Below the pieces are notes generated by a model, which was not told where the DNA came from, searched no databases, and saw only the letters and a program-made list of their open reading frames with translations. Position numbers and translations under genes: made by a program. From positions 62,001-126,000 of the forward strand of contig KZ538065.1 of the NCBI GenBank assembly GCA_000934665.2: a stretch of 64,000 bases of DNA, given 5' to 3'. Positions 12,501 to 24,200 of this stretch are shown here, one piece after another. Source of the DNA: Catajapyx aquilonaris (lineage: Eukaryota). The first letter of the stretch is position 1; each line of letters begins with the position of its first letter.

Positions 12501-15500
12501 ATTTTCTTAACGATTTATGTAAACTGATGAAACTGGTGTCTTATAGCACTTATAGGCGCAGTTAACTTGAATTATTAGCCCCCAAGAGCAGAGTAGGAAA
12601 ATTGACAAGGTCCAGTTGGATTCGTGCATTAGAAGGGAATGGTCCAAATTCTTGACACAGCGACCTCAGATGAATATAACAGCAGCATGTTTTATGATAA
12701 TTGGTAAACGCTGGTGATTACGGGGTTACTGACTCTGAGGTCAGCAGGTCATGGAAATATCAAGAGTGGCATATCTGCAGTGAGAGCAGTAACCCACATG
12801 TCCACCAATGGAAATGTCGTAGCCTTGATGGTACCGGTATTGCAGAAGAATTTCATGGAAAATAATATTGTTATGGCAGTATTAGGGTTATTCGTGTTTT
12901 TCAATTATCAAATTTTAATCGACTATTTAAGGCATAGATGCACCATGCGTCCATATGAAGGCCTCAAATTGCCAATGATCAGAGTCACACTGTGGTCAAA
13001 ATTGAGTAATTTACAGTAGTTTTCAAGTAGAATTTATGATTCAGAAATGACAAACCACAGAAATAAATTCAAAAAAATCAACAAAGGAAAATGCAATCTT
13101 CAAATTCCACATGACTAAATCAGCCAGTTTTGATTCGATCTACAAATCAGGTGGTCATATAAAAATCTAATAAGTTCCGCCTAATGTCTCATTGTATAGC
13201 TCCTAAACCCTTCTCCTCAAGTGTTACTATTCTGCACATATTCCTCTTTAAGGTATCGACAATCTGAATAATTGTGTCAAGGCGCATTCGCAACAAAACC
13301 GGTAGGTAGACTCGTAAAGTGAGTAATTGGCATCGTGCCCTTTATTCGTGATAGGTAACAACACTTACCTAAGACAACTTTGCCTTAGGGACATTTCTAT
13401 ACGAACTATATATTCTATATGAACCTGGCACATGTCGACGTAATGGGTAAAAAAAGGCAGCAAATTTCCCACCGAATGATATATAGAATGTAATATACAC
13501 TCACGGGGAAGCGTGGTGGCTGAGTTGGTAGCGACTCGGCTTGCTGAGTGAAAGGCCCTGGGTTCGATACCCACCCGGGAGTTCCCTTTCGCCTGCGTCA
13601 GGAGGACCTGTGACCCACGCCTTGGAGGCGTCTAGGCAACCTAACCTCCAGAGAGAGTGCACATGACCCATTTTCCGACATTTCACCTGCACCCGTGTCT
13701 CCTCCCCGAAAAATCCCCATCTCTACCTCAGGTCTTTTCGTCCCGGCACACGGTGTTCAAAGAAAATACGAACAATTGAATAGAAAATATGGTGGTGTTC
13801 CACCCCCATGTACTGACCCTATCACGAGGTAATACAAATAAAAAAAATAAAAGAGAATCACGTTTTCCCATAACATGTACTGTCATAATTAGATTTTTCT
13901 TCACTTCTTAATTCACTATACTGTGACGCTAGGTTCTACTTCCCAAGCGACAGCATAGTGAATTAAGAAGGGATTTGTGACAACTCTCGCCTGTACTTAT
14001 CTACTACTCTTATTGTATATTAAGAGTTTCTCGAATGTCATGAGGAGACAAAAACGGAAAATATCACCTTCATATACAAACATGATTACTTCAAACCAAT
14101 AATTGGTCAATTTGACGCAGTCGATGACACCGTAAATACCAAACTAATGACAAAAATTATGTAACAATGAGATATAATCTGTCCTTCTGCGCATGCAAGG
14201 TGCCTAAGTGCCATGCTAAGGAAGGTGACCTTTCTGCAAATTAATAAAACAAGTTGCATTTTTTACTCTCCGACAATTGAATACGTAATGAAGCAAGTTC
14301 AATCTACGTAACACGCTAACTAAAAAATTAAACACCCAAGAGAAACCTACCACAATATTTTCAATTCTGAACATTCGACGGACACTTAATTTGAAGCTGT
14401 TAATGATTGTAAAGCGAGTGGAACAGATACAGTGAAATTTGCATAGAGAGAAATGCAGTAATGATTCCATTCATTCAATATTGTTCACCGATTATTCCAT
14501 GAAATTTACTTTAATTTACTTGCAGGATGAGCTACATGCAAATAGACCTAAGCCCCGCATAATCATCAAAGCAACTACGTTTTGATTTCCTCAAGAGCAA
14601 AAAAAAAAAAACTATGAAAAAATGATCAGAGTATCCTGTCCTTCATGACGCAATGTAATTAACTTGCTAGTGATTTTTTATCACATTAAAGTGGAAGCTG
14701 GAAAGCCCCTTTCCCGACTCGAACAACCTGTGTCTTGTTGAGGTAGGTCAGATTGCGTAACGAACAATTATTCTGGCACAAGGTGGTTTTGTATGATAAA
14801 ACCTTTCTTACTGCGTTTCTCTTATCCTTGTAACAAAAGTGCATGGAACGAAGTACATTTTTTTCGTGTTTTTTTTGCTATTTAACACAAGGTCAATATT
14901 AGAATAATTTTGTTCGGTTCTGCGTAGATCCGACCTCATTAGAAATGATGATTTCTATGGATCCCTTTGTGATAATTATAGACCTACTGTTAATCACCCA
15001 GCATCCTGTAATTATAAAGTGAACGACTGAGCACCGAACCCTAACAATCGCTTACAATTTTTTTCAGGCTCTATAATTTTTCTTCGTACAGTGTGTAGAC
15101 CAAACGAGTGTCATTTTTTTGTAATGCATTAATACGTATTTTATGATCAGAAAATATTAATGCAGGGTTTGAATGATCCCCGGCAATACCCTAGTCGTGA
15201 TTGAATTTCTCAACAATAAGAGTGGACTCTTCAATCACCGTTTCAAACCACTTTCGCTAATTCCAATTGCCTTTTTATCCTGCAGAATATGAAGGACGTA
15301 ACGTCGTATGTCACAGAAAAAGTTGAAAACCTGGGTTTCGTCATCGATGTCTCTAAAGGGCCGTTGACTTTAGTAGCCTCTTTAGAACCCAGGTCCTTTT
15401 TTAGAGTGTGAATCCACGAGTTGTTGCTTATTTTTGTTTTGTTAGAGTAGCGCCCCAGAAAATAAAATTGCAGTTACGCGTGTGCTACTGAAGGCATATT

Positions 15501-18500
15501 TATCATTGTACACTTTCAGTCACGTAACCAAACTACGACGCTTAAACCAGCTCTTTTTATAGCAACAAAGCACGGTTGAGTGCATCACCAACGTGTAAAT
15601 GGCTGAGAAACGATTTTTTTATCATTCTAGAAAACCTATTATCTACGTACAATGCGATTTCGCAAATTCTTCAGGGCCGTAGGTAGTAACTGACCTGATA
15701 CAACATTTGAGATAGTTGATTATTTGCACTCGACCGTTTTCCAGTGTGCGGCATGCCTCTTTTTGCAGGCCATGGCCCTATGGAGGGACCTGGTCCATTT
15801 TTTTCAAGCAAACAGGTTTCGAGGAACTGGTGTGACATTGTGTGTATAAAATGGCTTGTATTGTTCAGCCAATGAATGGAAGGTAGAAGGGAGGGAATCG
15901 ATACCGGTATGACTAGACGTGAAAGTTATGTAGTATGTAGGGTAATATGTTTTCCGACATAAATTGTTATGTTAAATTAAATGAATTAACCCTGAATTTT
16001 ACAGCACCCGCCGTGTTGTTGCAGGTTATTGAGGAAATTTAGTTATCAATCTTTTGCTGTTAAATATGACCGTGATGCTTTGCACTATAGGGCATATAAT
16101 TTAATTATTAAAATATGAGCTTTCCAGTAATTATGAATTTATATTCAATGAACCCTCGCCAAATTAACCCTGGAACCGTGACGTGCCTGAACGTTACGGC
16201 AACCGTGACGTGGTGTCTTTTAGGACCCCATCCATATTTTAATTTTTATTAATTTTGGATATACTTGCTCTTACTGGCGTGCGGGAAGCGGGAGGGTAGT
16301 AGTCGGTGGGGGCAGCGGGCTGTATCGCAAAGATAGGTCTGTATCCGCAAGGAAGGAAGGTTAGGCTGGGTTAGGTTAGGTTGGTACAGCATACCCATTC
16401 CCAAATCCAAAAAAATCAATCTTCGCATCCTTGCCTTTGAGACATAGCCAAGCTGCCCCCAGCCACCACTCCGCCTGACGCTTCCCGCACGCCCGTAAGG
16501 GTTACTCTTTCCTTAATTTTTTATATAATACTTGTCAATGTATTGACTATATGCAATCATTCTTTGAACAATGCCTAAAATGATCGCTAATTCAAAATAA
16601 ACATGCACTTTCTGTTATGTACTTTTAAAAAATGGCAAAAGTTCACTGTAATTATAATTTTAATGTATTTTAATTCCTTTGGGTCCTAAAAGACCCCACA
16701 TCACGGTTCCAGTGTTAATTGAATTGTATTTGTAATCATCCACAAAGATCAATGATTTATGCCTGTAGAACTTGCAAACTAACAATCCCAGTCAAGCAGA
16801 ATCATTAAAGTAAGATCATATCCGGGAAAATGGTACAAAGAGACGGTTCTTAGAAAAATGTTTCACTGCGTATTCAGTTAAAAATAAATTAGTCATAGAA
16901 AATCAAGCTTACATAATCCATAAACAGAATGCAAACTGACAAGAAATGTCACACTTGTCTTAACGCAGGATGTCAACAAAAAATCACTTTCTTACTTTGG
17001 TCACAGACACTAAAACTTGCATGAACTCTTTTTTATATAGAATCAGTTGTAACATACGGGATGTGTGCAGATGCGAGAGTCACGCACATCCCACCTTACA
17101 CATAGCAATCTTAGTAACAACCCTTAATAAGAACACGCGCAACATTCTATTAAAACAATCTGAATCCTGAGGGCAATCGACAAATACGCGTTAGGCATTA
17201 ATTTCCAATCTACGTGTATTTTGGGAAAATTGCTAGCATCTTTTTTGGTCTGTTAACTCGTCGCGTGCAGAATTGACCATGGTTTTAAAAATGAGCTTAG
17301 CTATCCATCTCCGGAACACCCTGCGCACACGTGGTGTACTGGTTTTGGGAACAAAGAGAATGCAAAATATCCGGTTTGATGGTGAAAACCCCCTGTGAGT
17401 GTTGCTATAGGAGAAACATGCATATCATTTTCTCCCTCCGGTTTTTTTCAAGGTCCCCTGCATCTTGAGAGAAATACACAACAATTTTCGTATCTCCCTG
17501 CTTCCAATGGGCGTGTCATCGGGAATCCCCGTTCGCATCGTGGTTCAAGGCAAACCATTGCCACCATAAGTACTTAGATAGTTAGATGAAGATAAAAAAA
17601 TATAAAGGAGTGGTGGTGAAGGTGTCGTAATGCGCAGTAGACCGCGCCAAAATGGTAACTGACCTGGGGCAAATTTTGTGCCCAGCCATGCATTGATGGG
17701 CATCATGCTGTGGTGGAAGAGATGCAGAGCCGAGATGTGGTCAAACTTTTTCCTCAAAATGAAGAAAACCTGAAAAGATTTGAGCAAGGTCACTTTTGCT
17801 GTCTTTTTTATCTTATTGCATTTATGCGTAGGGTGTCGGCGCTTATTTAATATTTTGAGGACATAATAGCAGAACTGAGGAATAATAAGTTGGTGTTCTC
17901 CGCATGAAAAAATACTGTACGACCTTGCGAGACAGCACAGCTATAAAGTAATTTATATATATAAAAAGTGGTAAACAAGTTGTATCATACAGTCATTCTG
18001 GTGACGTACACACCAATATGTGACGCCAAAATATATAGCCACGCAATAAAATGTTACGCCCTACTATAACTGAATCTTGATTATGAGTGTGCATTACTGC
18101 TAATAAATAACTGAATTTGCACAATATCTGTTTACCTTTTACGCATAACATTTATTTTAAGAATAGGCTTCAGGCACTCCATATATCTGTCTCCAAATAT
18201 CCGGTTTTTCCAAGCGGTCATGTTGGGCAAGGTGCATACCTGAGATAGTAGTTTCAGTTGAAAATATTGCGTCCGGGAGGTGGGATTTGCGCAATGTTAG
18301 GCCAAGAGTTAGGGTGGGGGACAGAATAACCACCTACGTGCCAATAGGTAGGAGAAATTGACCCAATTTGCAATAAAATTGTGGTCAAAAATTCAAAATA
18401 CTTTAGTGGGCATTAATATTGGTTGAAGAATTAAGAATGTTAGAATATACTGCAAATTTACAACAGTATAATAAACTAATTTATGTAGCTAAGTGTGGAT

Positions 18501-20573
18501 AATTATTAGAAAGAGGAGATTAGGGATAATTGGGGGAGGAGACAGTGGCCTCTATTTTTTACGGCAAACAACCACAACAATATTTGTAATCCTGCACTTC
18601 GGCATAAATCTGCGGACATATGGTGTAATTAACGTAATTAATGGCTAATAAAATAATATTATTAATACCGTATAGACATGAACATTAGTGGTTCAGAATA
18701 ATAACACGACGATAACAATTATAATTCGAACTATTATCATACCAATAAAATTATTATATAATAAGAAAATAGTAAAATGGTGAAAAATAACAACCTATAT
18801 CACAATGTTATTGCTGTGTTTAATCAACAATAATTCAGCCCGCATGACCTAGTTTCTCGTCTCTAACAACCACATGGTTGCTGCCTAGACAGCGTAATAA
18901 GTATGCTAATCTGATGCTTACAAGTCATGGCTATTTATGTGAAAAAGTACCACCACTTTATGTAAATAAATCAGTGTGACCTCATTAGTGCGTTATCTTT
19001 AGTCGCTGTTATTTTTGAATCACTTTACCAGTCATCACGGATGAGCTGTCGCCACTCTAGGCCAACCTTGCATTAAATATAACAAAAGAACCTCTCGTAT
19101 AGTACGCTAAATAATTGTTAGGTACAAGCAATTGTAAAAACCCACCGAATCCAATAAATCCGTCAGCTTGGAGAAGAAATACCACCAGACTCCACCAGCT
19201 ATCTGAAAAATTCAAAAACAGAGAAAGCCGTTGAAAACTTGTAATGTTCAGAATATATTGTGAAGTATCTAAGCATTGATTAATTTTTTGTGTGGGTTGT
19301 AGCGGTCTACTTCAGGAAAGTTAAGAATAACTGTCAGCATCACGCAATGTTAGAAAATTATAGAAATTAAATTATGTTATGTTAGCAGGTTGAGCGCAGA
19401 TTGCTTGAAACGTTAATTATAAATGTTGGCTAAATTGCTGAAATCACGCTATCGCTTTAAAATGTGAGAATAATTAAGCTGATTTTACATTTTAACAACG
19501 GTCATCTTCGTACTGTGCCCTTTTGTTCACATGCTCCACAATTGTTCTCAAAGCATAATATATTACTGCCAATGAAATTAATTGCCACTGCAAATAATGA
19601 AAATGGCACATTGCATACCCATATTGCACGAGGAGACACCGACTTATCCACAGGTTGACACGACCATGAGAAATCAGAGAACCATCCGCACGACGCCACC
19701 TGAAGGAGAAATGCATTGCATTCTTTAAAAATACATCTAATTATAATATACTGGCATTGTCATGATAATGTCGTGCAGTGTACCGTACCTCAGAAAACAG
19801 CCAAATGTTAAATATGGCCTGAAAAGAGTTGTATGCAATGATGGGGACCTTGAGCTGGAAGGGTTTCCTGTTTTTCATAAAATTTGGCCCCAGGATGGTG
19901 CAGAAGAGGAGGTATCCAAACGTGAGGGTCACAAGTGGCCACGGTGACGCCATCAGAGGCCAGTTCTCCACGCGAGGATCTTCCCCAAAAAAATAAGGAA
20001 AAAAACTTGATCAATACAAATTGCTGACATTAATCTGGATCAAACGGGTCTTTCGTGTGAACCAGGGGAAGAACCGGCCCCGTGTTAATAAAAGAGTAGC
20101 ACTTGGGTGGGCCCAAGGTTTAGTTTTAAAGATACGCCACTAATAACTGTTGTGAGGCACCCTGTAAACACACTTCCTATTTGTGATGACACCCGCTTTC
20201 CCCTAACTCTCCCAACATTTTTTTTGCTCACCCAGATTGCCCACAAAATCATATGTTCATAGTTCAAGTGACCCACTTCCTTTATTTACATTTCACTCTG
20301 CGTGACGTAACAGGTTTTCAGTTGCATCATCATCGATTGGTGAACTTGTGAAGTACGAAACCATTTAACTTCTTTACATTTTTTTGTTCGGGTGTTGTAA
20401 AAGTGGAAGACCTTCGCGGTTTAAGGGATCACTTTCCACGGATTGCCACCACCACTTTAGTGATGAAGGTTACGAGAGCAATTAATGGCCCTTGATTTGG
20501 ACACTAACTTACCTCCTTTTGCGCGGAGGAATGCCTCCACTTCTTGGAAAAGGTTGGGCCACCGGACCGCCAT
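9522..20573 (-). CDS. ELOVL: Fatty acid elongase (ELOVL1/7-like), paralog 2; 8 coding exons, about 314 aa
   Basis: Exons 20513-20573, 19789-19979, 19619-19699, 19146-19202, 17664-17769, 10343-10479, 9755-9916, 9522-9671 = 945 nt, open frame. Motifs: DPRVENWPLMASPWP, CQPVD, KLTDLLDS, LHLFHHSMMP, NCFVHIFMYSYY, TTMQLAQF, FLNFY; ends QRKMA*. Intron 5 is 7184 nt. Confidence 0.93.
13505..13850 (+). mobile_element. tRNA-derived SINE (family A, copy 1), in intron 5 of paralog 2
   Basis: Pol III A-box TGGCTGAGTTGG and B-box GGTTCGATACC in a tRNA-like head, body colinear with the copy at 45029 (e.g. CCTGCGTCAGGAGG, GGCAACCTAACCTCC, GCACATGACCC, TATCACG), A-rich tail. Confidence 0.85.
16168..16714. mobile_element. 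Non-autonomous piggyBac-type element (MITE) with TTAA TSD
   Basis: TTAA at 16164-16167 and 16715-16718. Left end CCCTGGAACCGTGACGTG...AACCGTGACGTGGTGTCTTTTAGGACCC; reverse complement of right end CACTGGAACCGTGATGTGGGGTCTTTTAGGACCC. Confidence 0.8.
16257..16512. mobile_element. MITE nested within the piggyBac-type element, long imperfect TIRs, 8-bp TSD
   Basis: CTTACTGGCGTGCGGGAAGCG (from 16270) vs CGCTTCCCGCACGCCCGTAAG (to 16499), similarity extending inward (GGGGGCAGC/GCTGCCCCC); TTAATTTT at 16249-16256 and 16513-16520; central TTAGG-like repeats. Confidence 0.72.
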
Positions 20574-21172
20574 CGTTGCCTCCAACGTTATCTACCTTGA
20601 AATAGAGAGAAATTCATATGAAATCAGTTGTGATCAAAACGGCGATTTTCGACCCAGACGCTACAGCATTCAAAGATAGCAGTGATCAGTAGCAGGTTTT
20701 GGATTAAAATGTTTATGAACAGCAAATTTACACTGTGCAGACAAAATATGTTAACTTAGGCCTACATTTCTTGTTTCAATGAGCACAAACGCCTGACGTT
20801 ACTTACGGAATACTATACGCTAGCAACTGCTATTTTAAGCCAAAATCGCGTCTATCGCACCACAGCTACTTCAGATAAAATCGCATGCCAATTGACGGGT
20901 ATGCTAAAATCCAATGTAACAACCTAACGGCACGCATGCCCACCTTGTAATTATTAGGAACCTTAGAACGGTAAGTACTCGGGAATTTAGTGTTACCTCA
21001 TCGGGGAAAAAGAGAAAACCCCCGGTGGAGAAATAATATCCGAGGGAGCCCTTCTTAAAAAGCCGTGGGTTCAGGTTGTGCAACGGCCTGAAGGCCACGG
21101 TCGGATAGTGGTATATGCAAAATCGGTCAAGTGCACCTCAGGGGCAAGAAAAGTTGTGTCATTACCACTCAC

Positions 21173-21273
21173 CTTCTTCATTCCGAACCGATTTTCATAC
21201 ACTTGCTTTCCTAACCGGCCGTTCTCTTTTTTTTCATCTGATTAATTCAACGTGTTTTGATGTCGCCGACTGA
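21173..21273 (-). promoter_or_regulatory. Candidate TSS and non-coding first exon of paralog 2
   Basis: Arthropod Inr-like ATCAGTC on the minus strand (A at 21271) about 100 nt upstream of a strong donor AAG|GTGAGT (21172); matching acceptor TTTCAAG at 20596 just before the ATG. Confidence 0.35.
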
Positions 21274-24200
21274 TTATACCTTTGCAATGCGTTATTAGCT
21301 ACTGTGGCTTCCGAGCGACATCGCAGTCCATTGTGTGCAAATCGCGGCTGACAACTCGTATGCAAATTGGAACCGAGGGATAAGCGCCAGGTTTCTTTGT
21401 CTCCCAATTTGCTAGAATTTTCTAATTGCTTGCGACGCTTTGGTGGAAATAAATGACTTATGCAACCCACTTAGTTCGAGCACCATGTGTCACGCTACTG
21501 GATTAGAATGAACGTAAACAGCTCTTGAGTAGCGAGTAAACGCACGCTGCTTGTCATTACGGGGGCATTAAAGCGTTTAAACTCGGTTTAGTTTGCGGCT
21601 GCCAATAATTTTCCTTTAAAAAAATAGCACAAAATGGTGGGAAAAAGTTTGTAAATTGCGTCTTTAATGTCACTTAACGTAAGATAATTCTGGGTTTTAC
21701 TCAGCACTAAAGAAAATGCTGATGTATGTATTTTTTCGATCCACGTTATGTAACTCATTGTACATTCCTATTACTGTGTATAACCAGTTTTGCTGCCATG
21801 TAAGGTGACGGCGACTCGGGAATGCCAATTCCCCATGATGTGCTTCCCCCCAACCAACCTTCGGAAATTCCAAAATGTGACCCCTTCAAATAATGAAAAA
21901 AAGAGAGGGTGAATGTGCCATTGACACTGAGGGTTTCTTTTTAGCTATAGCAGACCTTGAGCCAAGATCACCTTGCCTAATTAATCCCGCTCACCACCAT
22001 CGAGGATTTCCACAAGGCAAAGAAGTAATTCCGTGATCCTAATTGTTATTTATACCTCTGTTTTCGCAGAGATTTCGCATTGTTGCTGACACTACTTCTG
22101 TGACCAAATTAGCGTAAGTTTCTTCCGCATTGTCCAAGTGTGAGAGAAGTCACCTGAAAATCCTTGACTACCGTCATTTTTTTCTATCCCTATTCGAACA
22201 CACGGCTGCTGTCATCATCCTCTCCTCATTGTGAAAATGATAGCTATTAATTATGGTCGGTACCGCATGAAGGCTATCCAAGTACCTGTCAATCGTGACG
22301 AAATTAATATAATCATGTCATTTGTTAAGTAAATATGCAGAAAGAAGCAGGAACTGTTACAAGCTGTGCAATAAATATTCTACTTTATTTATTGCGGAGT
22401 TGAAGTGCCATGCAAACATTACTGAAAGTGTAATATTCATATACTACTTGACATTTATCACATGGTTGGCGTTAATATATTGCTTCAAAATCGGATCAGT
22501 GCCCTGGAAACGAGCAGGAAGGACAGAGTGCACATGCAAAATTGATCCAGGTTGCAATTTTTTCAAAATATAAGGCGTCATATCTAAGGAAAAGTCTGTG
22601 TGGGAACAAGTTTTTATTCAAAAAGGTTTTTGCATTGGTCAAGCTTGGTCGCGAAAGGAGGACAGGCCTTGATTGACCACACTAGGTGGCGGTTACTCCC
22701 CCCCGCTCCCCACTACCCTTGCAAGCACCCTCCTTACACCTGACTATTATTGCAGAAAGGGCCACATCCCTGCCCCTATTGTCATGCAATCTCAAGTGTG
22801 CCCTTGAAAAAAAGGCTTTCTCCGATTTTCAGGGCTGCTTGACACGGCGAATAACAAGCAACTAGGAAGGGGTCTAAAAATGAACACGGAGCACTCTTTT
22901 GTTAGTGGGTTGATGGGGTCAAAGAAAGGCTTTCGGAGGAGCCACTTTCATTTTTCGCTAATGGAAGATCTGCACATAGGCATATGTGAACAACACATGT
23001 GATTGTATTGAGTAACAGACTGATGATTGGCAGAGTGACGTAAGTGGACGCAACCGTGTGTCAGTGTGCACATATGGTATTATAAAAGGGGGTACCGCCA
23101 AACAAAAATTGCGTTTTCACGGTGTTTACATTCAATGGGAGGTGGTGCAAGTATTGCTATTATTAGCCATGATTGCCAGGGAGGGGGGTAAACAACGGGG
23201 GCTTATTTTTGCTAATATGTGAAAGGGAGACAATAGCCTAGATTTTTTTATGGATAACTTCTTCATGTTCCGTATGTAAGTCAAGCAGCAGTGGGTTACA
23301 AGGAGCAGGTATTCAGGTTAAGTTTTCCCTAATTCTGATAGTACTCGCGGAAGGAAACCGATATCAAGTTACGCAATGGACCAGATGAAACATGTTTTTC
23401 ACGTTTTTTTTGTGACAGTCTCATAGGGAGTAACAAAGGAAACTTTCGCGCCCGAACATGTACACCCCATCACGTATCAACTGCACCCAATAAGGAGGTT
23501 GATAAAAGCTCAGACCAATCTGTTTTCGATTTTTTTTTAAATTATAATTTCGAACTACACCCATGAACTGATCTTGGGGACATGTTATGCATTTCGGGTA
23601 TGGGCGGTCCACAGTAGGAAAACTGTAATGAGCGCCGGTGATCCAGGTCCGGTCCGCATCACACATTACCTTCCTGCTTGACCACAGCGGAGAAAGTCAC
23701 CAGCTGAACGGAATGGAACCTCAGGCTCATATATCATATAGAAGACTGGAATTATAACCTTAAATGCACGTTCATGTAAAAAAAAGAAGTTAGGGGGCAG
23801 TATCGTAACATTGCGTAACATGTGCACACGAGGGATCTCCTGTGAGCGAGAGGCGGAAAAGACAAGCCACATTTCCTTCTACAAAAATTGACAGACTATT
23901 CGGACGACTCCTTTCCACTTGGCATTTCGAAGCCTGTTTTTTAAAAGTCTCCTTTCAGGTGCTTGATTGGATTTTTTTTTTTTGCTCCCGGATATCAAGG
24001 TGTACACAAAGGTGCGTCCTCGCCTACGCATAAAAATTGTTTTTGAGGAGGATATTAATCTTTACATTCCTCAAGTGGTTGTTGCTTTGCACTTGAAACA
24101 ATGCAATGTAGCTTAGACAATATCGCGAGGCTGAATGACAATGCGATAAACGGCTATCTATGTATCTAACATAATGACAGGAGTGTAATTAAAAGCGTAA

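Noticed and set aside
12720..12840. GGHVG peptide in intron 5 of paralog 2 as an alternative exon 6
   Set aside because: No NxxVH/MYxYY follows and the frame closes; coincidental.
13505..13575. Functional tRNA gene (also at 45029)
   Set aside because: No proper acceptor stem, and it continues into a shared SINE body and tail.
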